Positions 37,466 through 47,123 of a stretch of DNA of 64,000 bases are shown here, in pieces. The position numbers and the translations under genes were made by a program. The DNA is from an uncultured Gammaproteobacteria bacterium. Lineage in GTDB: Bacteria > Patescibacteriota > Microgenomatia > UBA12405. The notes under the pieces are model-generated. The model was given only the letters and a program-made list of their open reading frames with translations, had not been told where the DNA came from and did not search any database. The stretch's first letter is position 1. The number at the start of each line of letters is the position of its first letter. Location: assembly GCA_964538765.1 (NCBI GenBank), contig CAZIHS010000001.1, positions 19,966 to 83,965 of the forward strand, in the 5' to 3' direction.

Positions 37466-37947
37466 GTTTTGGATTTAACCTTGTTTTTTTCAGTTTTAAC
37501 GGTTTTAGTTTTGGTTATCTTTGGCTTTGCCGATTCGGTTTTAGGGGTGGTTTTGGCAACATCTTCTTCTTTATTTTCGGTTGAGTTGAAACCCCGAAAA
37601 AGCCTTAATTTAACCATAGTGGCATTGTCTCCCCGGCGTTGGCCGATTTTTTCAAGACGGGTAAAGTTAAAGGTAACATCGGGATAAGTGGCTTTAAATT
37701 TATTGTAGACTTTTTTAACCTGGTTGCGGTCTTGAAAATAGGTGTTGAGAAGACGGCGCCCCAACAGGTCAGGCAAGGTGGCAAGTTTTGAGGCCACTCT
37801 TTCAACTGAAGGAATCACCGCTTTGGCTTTCGCGTAGGTGGTTTCAATTTGACCGTGGGTTAGAATCTGACAAACAAGCTGCCGGAAAAGGGCCCGCCGC
37901 TGATTGGTGGTACGACCAAGTTTTTTGCCAAAATTCCGGTGTCTCAT
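37462..37947 (-). CDS. rplQ: 50S ribosomal protein L17 with Lys-rich C-terminal extension
   Basis: MRHRNFGKKLGRTTNQRRALFRQL. Confidence 0.9.
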   Translation of the reverse strand: MRHRNFGKKLGRTTNQRRALFRQLVCQILTHGQIETTYAKAKAVIPSVERVASKLATLPDLLGRRLLNTYFQDRNQVKKVYNKFKATYPDVTFNFTRLEKIGQRRGDNATMVKLRLFRGFNSTENKEEDVAKTTPKTESAKPKITKTKTVKTEKNKVKSKT

Positions 37948-37950
37948 CTT

Positions 37951-38895
37951 TTATTTCCACTCAAGACCCCGATCTTTTAACCAGGCATCAATAATTTTTA
38001 ATGACTTTTCGCCAACATTTTTTGATTTACTGACCTGCTCCCGACCCGCTTTGATCAGGGCATCAATAGTGCCAAAACCGGCCTTTTTAAGTGCGTTTGT
38101 CACCCGCAAGGGCAGTTCGATTTCCTCAACCGAAATATCAACACTGGCCGGACCGGCATGGGAAATTAAGGTAACCACTTCCTCTTCATAGTCTTTCGGA
38201 TCGACAATTTGCGACAGGCTACGGATCAGATCCTTGGCGGCATGTTTGATGGCAACCAGAGGCTCAACTGAACCGTCGGTCCAAACTTCCATTGTAAGTT
38301 TGTCAAAGTTGAATTTTTTACCAAGACGGGCTGGTTCAACCGAGTAGTTGGCTTTAACAACCGGAGTGAAAGTGGCATCAAGAATTATCTCGCCGATAAC
38401 CGATGTTTTTTGCTCATTGGCCATGGTATAACCAATGCCGGACTCAACAGTAAGCTCGGCGTTTAACCAGGACTTGGAGTCATTTAAGTTGGCAATGATC
38501 TGGTCGGGATTAACTACCTGGCAACCATCTGCCTGATCAATGTCACCGGCAGTAACTGGTCCCGGACCTTTTTTGCTAAGAGAAAGGGTAATGGGCTGGT
38601 CTCCCCGGTAATTAAACTTTATTTTCTTTAGATTTAGAGATACCTCGACAAGGTCTTCTTTTACTCCCGGAAGAGTGGTAAAAAGATGGTTGGCGCGATC
38701 AAATTTGACCCTGGTAATGGCCGCACCTGGGAGAGTGACAAAAAGAATTCGGCGAAGACCATTGCCGATTGTGTGGCCAAAGCCGCCGATAAGAGGAAAC
38801 ATTTCAAATTTACCGTATTTGGCGGAGCTTTTAATGGTTTTAATTTTGAACTTACTGGTATCGACTGTCATATGGTTATCTTGAATAATACTCAA
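37951..38895 (-). CDS. rpoA: DNA-directed RNA polymerase subunit alpha
   Basis: N-terminal dimerisation domain and C-terminal alpha-CTD (LPLRVTNALKKAGFGTIDAL). Confidence 0.9.
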   Translation of the reverse strand: MSIIQDNHMTVDTSKFKIKTIKSSAKYGKFEMFPLIGGFGHTIGNGLRRILFVTLPGAAITRVKFDRANHLFTTLPGVKEDLVEVSLNLKKIKFNYRGDQPITLSLSKKGPGPVTAGDIDQADGCQVVNPDQIIANLNDSKSWLNAELTVESGIGYTMANEQKTSVIGEIILDATFTPVVKANYSVEPARLGKKFNFDKLTMEVWTDGSVEPLVAIKHAAKDLIRSLSQIVDPKDYEEEVVTLISHAGPASVDISVEEIELPLRVTNALKKAGFGTIDALIKAGREQVSKSKNVGEKSLKIIDAWLKDRGLEWK

Positions 38896-39508
38896 TGATT
38901 AAATTTACGTTGATGTCATTTTTAAAGTCGTCCTTGGATGGCAGAGCAAGGACCTTGACGGTAAATTTCTGGCGGTCGATATCAAGCCAGGAAGGGGCCA
39001 CAAAATCCTTGTCATTGATTTTTAGGTCGTCTTTATAAAGGGCAATAGTTTTTGGGTCGGGAAGAATGGTGTCACCGGGTTTAACCAAATAAGAGGCAAT
39101 ATTGACCTTTCGGCCATTAACAAGAATGTGGCGGTGACTGATAACCTGCCTGGCGTGGGAACGGGATAAAACCAGACCGGCAAGATAAATGACATTATCC
39201 AGCCGTCTTTCGAGAAGAGAAATAAGGTTTTCCCCAACTAATCCTTTTAATTTTTTAGCTTTGAGGTAGTAGTTTTTAAATTGGGTTTCATTTACGAGGT
39301 AAGTGCGTTTAGCTTTTTGCTTTGCCCGAAGCTGAATCTTGTAGTCGGTAGATTTTTTTGTGCCTTTAGCGCCATGCATACCTGGTAAAACAGCACCTTT
39401 CTTTTCAATTGGACATTTGGATGAGTAGCAACGCGTTCCTTTCAGGTAAAGTTTGCAGCCTTCCGCCCGACAAAGGCGACATTTAGTATTTAGAGTAATT
39501 CTTGACAT
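38876..39508 (-). CDS. rpsD: 30S ribosomal protein S4 (with N-terminal Cys4 zinc-finger)
   Basis: CRLCRAEGCKLYLKGTRCYSSKC and an S4 domain. Confidence 0.9.
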   Translation of the reverse strand: MSRITLNTKCRLCRAEGCKLYLKGTRCYSSKCPIEKKGAVLPGMHGAKGTKKSTDYKIQLRAKQKAKRTYLVNETQFKNYYLKAKKLKGLVGENLISLLERRLDNVIYLAGLVLSRSHARQVISHRHILVNGRKVNIASYLVKPGDTILPDPKTIALYKDDLKINDKDFVAPSWLDIDRQKFTVKVLALPSKDDFKNDINVNLIIEYYSR

Positions 39509-39513
39509 AGAAT

Positions 39514-39906
39514 TTAGGCCCGTCTTTGTTTTGGCGGGCGAGGTCCGTTGTGAGGAACTTTGGTGACATCGGCAATAAGCTCGACATCAAAATCACGTTT
39601 CGACCGAAGATAGCGGAGGGCGGCATCACGACCAACCCCTGGCCCCTGTAAATAAACTTCTAATTTTTTAAGACCATATTTTTTAGCTTCCTCGAGAGCT
39701 TTCTCAATTGCAGAAGTGGCGGCGTAAGGAGTTGATTTCCGTGAACCCTTGAAGCCGGCCCGACCACAAGTGCACCAACTTAGAACGTTGCCTTTAGGGT
39801 CAGTAACACTGACCAAAGTATTGTTAAAAGTTGATTTAACATAAAGCCGGCCCTGGGCAAAGTTCTGGTAGTTTTTTTTAGACGATGAGGGGGTGTTGTT
39901 TGTCAT
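39514..39906 (-). CDS. rpsK: 30S ribosomal protein S11
   Basis: Conserved S11 core (GRAGFKGSRKSTPYAA). Confidence 0.9.
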   Translation of the reverse strand: MTNNTPSSSKKNYQNFAQGRLYVKSTFNNTLVSVTDPKGNVLSWCTCGRAGFKGSRKSTPYAATSAIEKALEEAKKYGLKKLEVYLQGPGVGRDAALRYLRSKRDFDVELIADVTKVPHNGPRPPKQRRA

Positions 39907-39911
39907 ATTAA

Positions 39912-40331
39912 TTATTTGTTGGTTGAAACGTCGGCTTGTTTTTGCTGGCCTTCAATTTTTGCCCAGGCTTCTTTTGTGAGAGAACCAACGGTTTTTCGCT
40001 TACCCTTTCGGGTCCTGGCGTTAGTTTTAGTGCGTTGACCGCGGGAAGGTAGACCAACAATGTGACGAATTCCACGGTAACATTTGATGGCTTTAAGCCG
40101 CTCAATGTTTTCCCGGATTTCTTTTTTGAGCTCTCCTTCGGTTTTAAAAGACTCAAGAGCCTTCATTAATCGACTGATGTCATCACGGGTAAGTTTGTTT
40201 ATCCGCGTGTCAAGGCCGATACCTGCCGTTTTGGCCAACTGAATAACATTATGCTGGCCGATACCGTAAAATCGGGTAAGACCTACCTGGGCTCTCTCTT
40301 GATCGGGGATTTCGACTCCAGCAATTCTCAT
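39912..40331 (-). CDS. rpsM: 30S ribosomal protein S13
   Basis: MRIAGVEIPDQERAQVGLTRFYGIG. Confidence 0.9.
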   Translation of the reverse strand: MRIAGVEIPDQERAQVGLTRFYGIGQHNVIQLAKTAGIGLDTRINKLTRDDISRLMKALESFKTEGELKKEIRENIERLKAIKCYRGIRHIVGLPSRGQRTKTNARTRKGKRKTVGSLTKEAWAKIEGQQKQADVSTNK

Positions 40332-40340
40332 AACAGCTAT

Positions 40341-40454
40341 TTAGCCCTGTCTTTGGCTATGTTTTTTAGTGGAACAGATAACCCGCCTGGCACCCTTGCG
40401 GATGACGATCTTACAGTTCTTACAACGGCGGCGAATACTGGATTTGACCTTCAT
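40341..40454 (-). CDS. rpmJ: 50S ribosomal protein L36
   Basis: Manual translation of the minus strand: [37 protein letters not shown] (37 aa, CxxC...C...H zinc ribbon). Absent from the ORF track because it is under 60 aa. Confidence 0.85.
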   Translation of the reverse strand: MKVKSSIRRRCKNCKIVIRKGARRVICSTKKHSQRQG

Positions 40455-40511
40455 AAAAAAGACTTTTGTATTGTAACCTAAAGTTATGGCAATATCAAAG
40501 AGTAAATTGCG

Positions 40512-40715
40512 TCAAAATCGATAAACAATGCGGCCTTTATTGCCATCGGGGGAAAGGACGAGTGATATTTGATCACCAGCAAGAATTCTGATGTGGTTTA
40601 GCCGCAATTTTCCAGCTACATAGGCCACAATTTCATGACCATCTTCGAGTTTTACCCGAAAAAGAGAATTTGGAAGAACTTCGGTGACCAAAGCTTTGAC
40701 GGTTGGGTCTTTCAT
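40512..40715 (-). CDS. infA: Translation initiation factor IF-1
   Basis: S1-like OB fold VTEVLPNSLFRVKLEDGHEIVAYVAGKLR. Confidence 0.9.
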   Translation of the reverse strand: MKDPTVKALVTEVLPNSLFRVKLEDGHEIVAYVAGKLRLNHIRILAGDQISLVLSPDGNKGRIVYRF

Positions 40716-40721
40716 TTTTTG

Positions 40722-41321
40722 TTAATTGATAATGGGGTTGGAGACGATAGTGTCAATACCTGAACAAATATCTTCGTAGATGGGTTCTATCGGCCGGTTG
40801 CCGTTTACCCGAAGAAGTTTGTTGATTGAGCCGAAATATCCTAAAACCGGATCGATTGTTTCCTGATACGACTGTTGACGGGAAGCAATGGCTTGAGGCG
40901 TGTTGTCGGTTCGGCTCTTGTCCTGAAAGTTGTTTCCGGCGGACTGACGACGGATGACTATTTCCTCGAAAGTAACGTCCAGATGAATAACCAGAGTAAT
41001 TTCCTGCCCGATAAGGTTTAAATAGTGAGAAATGATCCGTCCCTGGTTTAAAACTCTTGGGAAACCGTCAACGATAAAGTTGTGCTGCTTAATTGCTTCC
41101 AGGCGAGGCCGAAGAGTATCAAAAACAAGATCGTCGGGGACCCATTTGCCATGATCTATATATGATTTTGCCTGAAGACCGAGTTGACTTGCAAGCTCTA
41201 TCTCCTGGCGCAATATGTCTCCCATCGAAAGGTGGGTTAGGTTATATTTTGAGGCGATTTTTTTTGCCTGAGTTGATTTTCCGCATCCTGATGGTCCGAT
41301 AATAAAAAGGTTGAGATCCAT
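40722..41321 (-). CDS. adk: Adenylate kinase
   Basis: P-loop IIGPSGCGKSTQA and LID/AMP-binding regions. Confidence 0.9.
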   Translation of the reverse strand: MDLNLFIIGPSGCGKSTQAKKIASKYNLTHLSMGDILRQEIELASQLGLQAKSYIDHGKWVPDDLVFDTLRPRLEAIKQHNFIVDGFPRVLNQGRIISHYLNLIGQEITLVIHLDVTFEEIVIRRQSAGNNFQDKSRTDNTPQAIASRQQSYQETIDPVLGYFGSINKLLRVNGNRPIEPIYEDICSGIDTIVSNPIIN

Positions 41322-41326
41322 GTGAC

Positions 41327-42610
41327 TTATCGATAGCTTATTTTATCGTAATTGTATGTTTGGATGGCATTTTCTATTCTTCTGGTTACCTCGATAACAA
41401 CAGAAACAACAATTAGAACGCTGGTACCACCAATGGTGATGGTAGTAATCCCGGTGGCTTTTTGAACAAGTGATGGGGAAATGGCGATTAGACCAAGGAA
41501 AACGGCACCAACAGCAACAACACGGTTGACTAAATACCGGATCCTGTTTTCAGTGGCCTGTCCGGGGCGGATACCGGGGATGAAACCACCTGACTTTCGA
41601 AGTTCGTCGGAAATGTCCTTTGGTTTAAATACGACAGATGTGTAGAAAAAAGTGAAGGCAATGACGAGGACAAAATAGAAAAGCATATAAAGGTAGCTGT
41701 CGGTGCGAAAAAGTCTGGCGATGGTTAGGGCTGCTTGAGAAATTAGAGGCTGAGGAAGCCGGCCCAAGAACTGGCCCAAAAGAGAGGGAACGGTGGCAAG
41801 TGAAACAGCGAAAATGATGGGCATAACTCCAGCAGTATCAACTTTTATGGGAAGATAGGTTACCTGGGCCCGCCTGGCATAGTGAACCGGAATCCGTAAA
41901 ACGGCCTCTTCAACCATAACAATGGCTAAAATCAAACTGACCGCAAGGATAATAAAGACAATGAGATTAAAACCGGTTTGCGGATTGGAAAAATCGGTAA
42001 GGTTGGCTGTTTGAAACAAGCTTATTGGCATCCGGGCAATAATGCCTGCAAATATTATCATCGAAATGCCATTACCAAGGCCAAACTGATTAATCAGCTC
42101 GCCTAAAAATATCATGACCATGGTTCCCGCCAACATGCTGGCAATCATGGCCACTAAAGTTAGTGGAGAGAGGTTGGTAATAATGTTTTGGGAACGAAGA
42201 ATACCATACATTCCAATAGACTGAACAATTGATAACGGGACAGTGGCAAAACGGGTGTACTGGTTAATTTTCGCCCGCCCATACTCCCCTTCTTTAGACA
42301 ATTGTTCAAGTTTGGGAGAAACAAGTGTAAAAAGTTGAAGCATTACCGAGGCGTTAATGTAGGGGTTGAGACCGAGTGCAGCGATAGAAAAATTTGCCAG
42401 AGTTCCTCCAGAAAATATGTCTAATAGAGACAAAAGCTGATTCTGGGCAAAAAAGTTTCGAAGCAGACCCAGGTTTACCCCGGGAACAGGAATGTGAGCA
42501 ATCAGCCTAAAAAGGATTAAGACAGAAAGAGTAAATAATATTTTCTGCCTTAATATGGGTGTTTTTATTCCCTCAAGATATAGAGAAAGGGCCTTTATAA
42601 TCCGATTCAT
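41327..42610 (-). CDS. secY: Preprotein translocase subunit SecY
   Basis: Ten-TM protein with conserved SecY blocks ([20 protein letters not shown]). Confidence 0.9.
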   Translation of the reverse strand: MNRIIKALSLYLEGIKTPILRQKILFTLSVLILFRLIAHIPVPGVNLGLLRNFFAQNQLLSLLDIFSGGTLANFSIAALGLNPYINASVMLQLFTLVSPKLEQLSKEGEYGRAKINQYTRFATVPLSIVQSIGMYGILRSQNIITNLSPLTLVAMIASMLAGTMVMIFLGELINQFGLGNGISMIIFAGIIARMPISLFQTANLTDFSNPQTGFNLIVFIILAVSLILAIVMVEEAVLRIPVHYARRAQVTYLPIKVDTAGVMPIIFAVSLATVPSLLGQFLGRLPQPLISQAALTIARLFRTDSYLYMLFYFVLVIAFTFFYTSVVFKPKDISDELRKSGGFIPGIRPGQATENRIRYLVNRVVAVGAVFLGLIAISPSLVQKATGITTITIGGTSVLIVVSVVIEVTRRIENAIQTYNYDKISYR

Positions 42611-43059
42611 TAGTCTATACTACCACCGGCGCCAATGATTTTTTTACGGGCTGCCGCCGAGACTTGTATACCTTTTAGATGCAAGGCGTGGCTGATTTGC
42701 CCACGGGAAAGAATTTTAATATAAAAAGGTCTTTGAGGAACCTGAGAAGGGATCTTTTCTTTTATTTTAGCCGGGTTAATTTCAGCGGTTTTGGGAAAAA
42801 CCGCCGCCAGGCTAGAAAGACTAAGGGTTAGAACTACTTTTTGAGAATTGAGGCGGTGTTTACCGCGATAAAACGGTAACCTCTTTATCCACGATTTCTT
42901 AATTTTGGTGCCGTCAAAGGTAATTTTGGTTTTTCCCCTTGCCTTGTCTCCCTTGGCTCCCCGACCAACGGTATGACCGCCAACTCCCGAACCGTAGCCA
43001 CGTCCAAGCCGTTTCTGGGATTTACCCTTAATTTTAACAAGCTGATGAATTAGAGACAT
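42610..43059 (-). CDS. rplO: 50S ribosomal protein L15
   Basis: Gly/Arg-rich N-terminus ([21 protein letters not shown]). Confidence 0.85.
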   Translation of the reverse strand: MSLIHQLVKIKGKSQKRLGRGYGSGVGGHTVGRGAKGDKARGKTKITFDGTKIKKSWIKRLPFYRGKHRLNSQKVVLTLSLSSLAAVFPKTAEINPAKIKEKIPSQVPQRPFYIKILSRGQISHALHLKGIQVSAAARKKIIGAGGSID

Positions 43060-43062
43060 ATA

Positions 43063-43533
43063 CTAGCGGTTTAACTGCGATAATGCTTTTAAGGTTGTCC
43101 AAACGTTTAAGGATTTGTTGCGGGAACCAATGATTTTGCTGGCGAGATCTTTGATGCCGGCAACTTCGACTACTGCCCGAACCGGACCGCCGGCAATTAA
43201 GCCGCTACCCGATTTGCCCGGCCGAATTAGAATGCGGGCACCCTTATATTTTAAAGCGACACTTTTTCCAATCGTGCCATCTATTATGGGAACCAGAATT
43301 AAACTCTTTCGGGCTTTATTAATTGCCTTTTGAATGGCATCGGCAACACTTTTTGCTTTTCCTAAACCAACTCCGACTTTGCCCTTTTTGTCACCAGTAA
43401 CTACCAGGGCGGTAAAGGATATTTGGTTTCCACCCTTTGATTTATTGGAGACTCTTTTAATCTCGACAACTTTATCGACAAATTCGGTTTCCACTTTTTC
43501 AAACCGGTAGAAGTCTTTGCTGTTTTGGGCCAT
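43063..43533 (-). CDS. rpsE: 30S ribosomal protein S5
   Basis: dsRBD-like N-terminus and S5 C-domain. Immediately adjacent to rplO with no L30 gene between them. Confidence 0.9.
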   Translation of the reverse strand: MAQNSKDFYRFEKVETEFVDKVVEIKRVSNKSKGGNQISFTALVVTGDKKGKVGVGLGKAKSVADAIQKAINKARKSLILVPIIDGTIGKSVALKYKGARILIRPGKSGSGLIAGGPVRAVVEVAGIKDLASKIIGSRNKSLNVWTTLKALSQLNR

Positions 43534-43536
43534 AAG

Positions 43537-43890
43537 TTAAAATTTTAAACCTCCTTGACGGGAAGACTCGGCAAGTTTTTTTATTCGGCCATGGTAAAGA
43601 TATGGACCGCGGTCAAACTTGACTATTTTAATGTTATTTTTCAAGGCCTGTTTGGCCAGTTTTTCACCAAGAATTCTGGCCTGCTCTACTTTGGAGGCGG
43701 TTAATTCTTCTTTGGATAAATTCTTGGTTGAAAGAGAGTAGAGGGTTTTGCCATGAAGATCATCTATAATCTGTACCCAAAGATGGCGGTTACTGCGAAA
43801 TACGGTAAGCCTGGGAACACCGGGATTAACCAGAAATAGCTTTCTTCTAACTCTTTTAACTCTTCTAATTTTTGGGTTATGGTTAATCAT
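43537..43890 (-). CDS. rplR: 50S ribosomal protein L18
   Basis: RLTVFRSNRHLWVQIIDD pattern. Confidence 0.9.
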   Translation of the reverse strand: MINHNPKIRRVKRVRRKLFLVNPGVPRLTVFRSNRHLWVQIIDDLHGKTLYSLSTKNLSKEELTASKVEQARILGEKLAKQALKNNIKIVKFDRGPYLYHGRIKKLAESSRQGGLKF

Positions 43891-43895
43891 TTTAT

Positions 43896-44435
43896 TTAGG
43901 CTTTTGTGGTTTTGCCTGGTTTTAACTTAACATATTCACCAAGATAACGAATGCCCTTGCCTTTGTATACTTCTGGTTTCCTTACTTTTCGAATGTTGCT
44001 GGCGACCTGGCCAACAACAACTTTGTCGCAACCGGTAACGGTGATTTTAGTGTCTTCAGCAACCTGAAACTGAACCCCGGGAGGGGCAGTTATTATAACC
44101 GGGTGAATAAAGCCTGCCAATATAGTAAGCTTGGTGCCGTCGGTTTGGGCCTTGTAGCCGGTTCCCCTTATCTCCAGTTGCTTTGACCAGGGAGTGGTGA
44201 CACCAAGAACCATATTATTGATAACTGAACGAATGGAACCATGATTGGCTTTGGTATTTTTGTCTTCCCCGCCTCGCGAAACGAAAAGCCGGTTGTCTTT
44301 TTGAAGAATTTCTATCTTTCGGGGTAGGTTGAGAGACAGGACACCTTTTGGACCGGTAATTGTTACCTGACGGCCCTGAAGTTCAAATTTAACTTCATCG
44401 GGAAGGGAAACTGGTAGTTGGCCAATTTTGGACAT
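43896..44435 (-). CDS. rplF: 50S ribosomal protein L6
   Basis: MSKIGQLPVSLPDEVKFEL and tandem L6 domains. Confidence 0.9.
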   Translation of the reverse strand: MSKIGQLPVSLPDEVKFELQGRQVTITGPKGVLSLNLPRKIEILQKDNRLFVSRGGEDKNTKANHGSIRSVINNMVLGVTTPWSKQLEIRGTGYKAQTDGTKLTILAGFIHPVIITAPPGVQFQVAEDTKITVTGCDKVVVGQVASNIRKVRKPEVYKGKGIRYLGEYVKLKPGKTTKA

Positions 44436-44437
44436 AT

Positions 44438-44830
44438 TTAGTTGATCTCGGCAATAATCTCACCACCAAGGCCTTTAGACTTAGCCTGCCTTTGGGTCAT
44501 TAACCCAGATGAAGTGGAAACAATAATAATTGATTTTTTCGATCTGCCCCAGGGAAGCGAAGTCGATTTTTCATAATATCTTCTTCCTGGCTTTGAAAGG
44601 ATAGTCACCTGACTGATTAAAGGAGAGCCGGCAACTGTGGGAACCAGTTTAACGTTTAGTGTTTTTTTCTTTTCGCCTACAACCGAATAGTCAATGATCA
44701 GTTGATTGTCTTTTAGAAGTTTTGAAATGTTAAGACAAAAGTCGGAGTAGGGTGTCGATAAATCTGTTTTACCGGCTAAATAGGCATTTTTAATTCGAAT
44801 AAGAAAATCGGTGGGTAGTGAGTTGATCAT
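44438..44830 (-). CDS. rpsH: 30S ribosomal protein S8
   Basis: Start placed at MINSLPTDFLIRIKNA. The longer ORF extends into rpsN. Confidence 0.9.
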   Translation of the reverse strand: MINSLPTDFLIRIKNAYLAGKTDLSTPYSDFCLNISKLLKDNQLIIDYSVVGEKKKTLNVKLVPTVAGSPLISQVTILSKPGRRYYEKSTSLPWGRSKKSIIIVSTSSGLMTQRQAKSKGLGGEIIAEIN

Positions 44831-44832
44831 AG

Positions 44833-45018
44833 TCACCAGCTGGCTTTTTTTACTCCCGGAAGAAAACCGGAAGCGGCGAGTTGCCGAAAACAAAGCCGAC
44901 ATAAACCAAATAAACGGATATAGCCACGCGGACGGCCACAAACCTGACATCGGTTGTGATAACGGGTTTTAAATTTCAATTTCTTTTTTTCTCTGGCGAT
45001 TTTGGCAATATTGGCCAT
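44833..45018 (-). CDS. rpsN: 30S ribosomal protein S14 type Z (zinc-binding)
   Basis: 61 aa with CQVCGRPRG...CRLCFR. Confidence 0.9.
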   Translation of the reverse strand: MANIAKIAREKKKLKFKTRYHNRCQVCGRPRGYIRLFGLCRLCFRQLAASGFLPGVKKASW

Positions 45019-45020
45019 AA

Positions 45021-45533
45021 TTATTTTTGGAAGGCGAAACCTAGGGCAGATAATAACATTTTTGATTCTGATTTTGAAGCGGCAGAGGTGACAAGAGTGA
45101 TTTGAAGAGGACGTATTTTGGTAATTCGATCTAGATTTATCTCGGGAAAATAGGTTTGATCTTTAATAACAAGGTTGTAGTTTCCGATTTGATCAAATGA
45201 TGATTCGGGCATTCCTTTAAAATCACGAAGACGGGGAAGGACTATGTTGAAAAGTTTGGTTACAAAATCGTACATCCGTTTTCCTCTCAAAGTCACTTTG
45301 AAGGCAAGGGGGTCGTTGGCTCTAATTTTAAAGCTTGATACGGCCTTTTTGGCCCGACACAGGCGTGGTTTTTGGCCGGTTATGGCCATTATTTCCTCCT
45401 GGGCCTGATTTAAAGATTCCTGGCTTTCTCTGCCATCGGAAACCCGATAGTTGATAACAACCTTGCTCAGCCGCGGCAGGGAAAAAATATTACGATTTTT
45501 TAGATTTGGAAAATTTATGACGGGAGTAGACAT
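45021..45533 (-). CDS. rplE: 50S ribosomal protein L5
   Basis: Conserved L5 core. Confidence 0.9.
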   Translation of the reverse strand: MSTPVINFPNLKNRNIFSLPRLSKVVINYRVSDGRESQESLNQAQEEIMAITGQKPRLCRAKKAVSSFKIRANDPLAFKVTLRGKRMYDFVTKLFNIVLPRLRDFKGMPESSFDQIGNYNLVIKDQTYFPEINLDRITKIRPLQITLVTSAASKSESKMLLSALGFAFQK

Positions 45534-45535
45534 GG

Positions 45536-45856
45536 TTATTTAATTTTTGGAATAATTGGTTGTCGGCATTTTTTGCATATTCTAACCTTGTCGCCTTTTT
45601 TATCGACAAGATAGCCGATTCTAGATGGTTTTTTACAATTTGGACAAATTAGCGATATTTTTGAGATAGATAGCGGCCTTTCTTTTTCAATAATCCCGCC
45701 CTTTTTGTCTTGTGACGGTTTGAGATGTTTTTTAAAAAGGTTAATACCTTTAATAATCAAGCGGCCGCTTTTTGGAAAAGAAAACACAACCTCGCCCTGA
45801 CGGCCCTTATCTTTACCTGAATTAATTTGGACGGTATCACCTTTCTTAATTTTCAT
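45536..45856 (-). CDS. rplX: 50S ribosomal protein L24 with C-terminal CxxC...CxxC extension
   Basis: KOW motif MKIKKGDTVQINSGKDKGRQGEV, plus CPNCKK...CKKCRQ. Confidence 0.85.
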   Translation of the reverse strand: MKIKKGDTVQINSGKDKGRQGEVVFSFPKSGRLIIKGINLFKKHLKPSQDKKGGIIEKERPLSISKISLICPNCKKPSRIGYLVDKKGDKVRICKKCRQPIIPKIK

Positions 45857-45859
45857 AGT

Positions 45860-46228
45860 TTAATAGACTTCATTGGCCATTGAGGCGATTTTTGTAAATC
45901 CTGCGTCCTTTATTTCACGGGCGATTGGCCCAAAAATGCGGGTTCCCCTTGGATTATTTTGTGAATCAATAATGACACCGGCATTGTCGCTAAAGCTGAT
46001 ATATGACCCATCCTGGCGGGGGAATTCTTTTTTGGTTCGAACAATGACCATTTTAACTTTTTCTTTTTTCTTAATCAGTCCATTTGGAATAGCACTTTTG
46101 ACGACCGCCAAAACAATATCTCCAATTGTGGCTTTTTTGTGGTGATGACCGCGGTATACGTGAACCACCTGGGCGATTCGAACACCACAGTTGTCAGCGG
46201 GTTTAATTATTGATCTTAATTGGATCAT
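45860..46228 (-). CDS. rplN: 50S ribosomal protein L14
   Basis: Start placed at MIQLRS, the conserved L14 N-terminus. Confidence 0.9.
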   Translation of the reverse strand: MIQLRSIIKPADNCGVRIAQVVHVYRGHHHKKATIGDIVLAVVKSAIPNGLIKKKEKVKMVIVRTKKEFPRQDGSYISFSDNAGVIIDSQNNPRGTRIFGPIAREIKDAGFTKIASMANEVY

Positions 46229-46229
46229 A

Positions 46230-46505
46230 TTATGATACTTTGATGACCTCAACAGTGGTAAAGCGCTTTAGCTTGCTGAGAGGCCGACACTCTTTAACCT
46301 TAACAAAATCACCGGTTTTAACCTTTAAATTGTTGTCGACGTAGATATTTTTATGTTTTTTGATGATCTTGCGATAAATTGGATGGCGGGACTTGTATTC
46401 GAGCGAAACAACAACCGTTCCGGTCATTTTATCCGAAACAACCTTACCCAGAAATATTTTTCCTTCGGTGGCTGGCTGGTTTAATTTATTGGCTTTTTTT
46501 ATCAT
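46230..46505 (-). CDS. rpsQ: 30S ribosomal protein S17
   Basis: OB fold GKVVSDKMTGTVVV. Confidence 0.9.
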   Translation of the reverse strand: MIKKANKLNQPATEGKIFLGKVVSDKMTGTVVVSLEYKSRHPIYRKIIKKHKNIYVDNNLKVKTGDFVKVKECRPLSKLKRFTTVEVIKVS

Positions 46506-46698
46506 TTTGATGTTGATTAATATAGGTTTTTATCATCGCGATTTGTTGGCGAATTTTTTTGATTACTGACGAATCTTTCAGACTGCCGTTTGATAACTTC
46601 ACCCTGTTTTCAACTAGACTTTTTTGGAGCTCAAAAGCCTGTTTCTCCAGCTCGGCGGAACTTTTTTCGCGATAGGATATTTTATCAGCTTTTTTCAT
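46486..46698 (-). CDS. rpmC: 50S ribosomal protein L29
   Basis: Helical 70-aa protein at the canonical position. Confidence 0.85.
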   Translation of the reverse strand: MKKADKISYREKSSAELEKQAFELQKSLVENRVKLSNGSLKDSSVIKKIRQQIAMIKTYINQHQNDKKSQ

Positions 46699-46707
46699 AA
46701 GAAGATC

Positions 46708-47112
46708 CTATTTTCTGGAAACAATTTTGCTAACAAGGGGTAGTTTGGCAGCTGCCAGCGAGAGAGCAATTTTTGCTTCCTGTGGAGAAATTCCGGAAAC
46801 TTCAAACATAACCCGGCCGGGGCGAACCACACACACATAACCTTTTACATCTCCTTTACCGGCTCCAAGCGGCGCACCAGCTCCTTTTTCGGTGATTGGC
46901 TTGTCAGGAAAAAGACGAACCCACATTCTGCCGTTTCTCTTGGTGGCATGGGCAATACTCCGACGAGCGGCTTCAATTTGGTTGGAAGTGATCCAGCCGC
47001 AAGCCAGAGATTTGAGTCCATATTCTCCAAAAGAGACCAGGTTGCCTTTTGAAAGACCGCGCATTTTACCTCGGAATTGTTTTCGGTATTTGGTTCGGCT
47101 TGGTTGAAGCAT
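46708..47112 (-). CDS. rplP: 50S ribosomal protein L16
   Basis: MLQPSRTKYRKQFRGKMRG. Confidence 0.9.
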   Translation of the reverse strand: MLQPSRTKYRKQFRGKMRGLSKGNLVSFGEYGLKSLACGWITSNQIEAARRSIAHATKRNGRMWVRLFPDKPITEKGAGAPLGAGKGDVKGYVCVVRPGRVMFEVSGISPQEAKIALSLAAAKLPLVSKIVSRK

Positions 47113-47123
47113 AGTAATTTATT

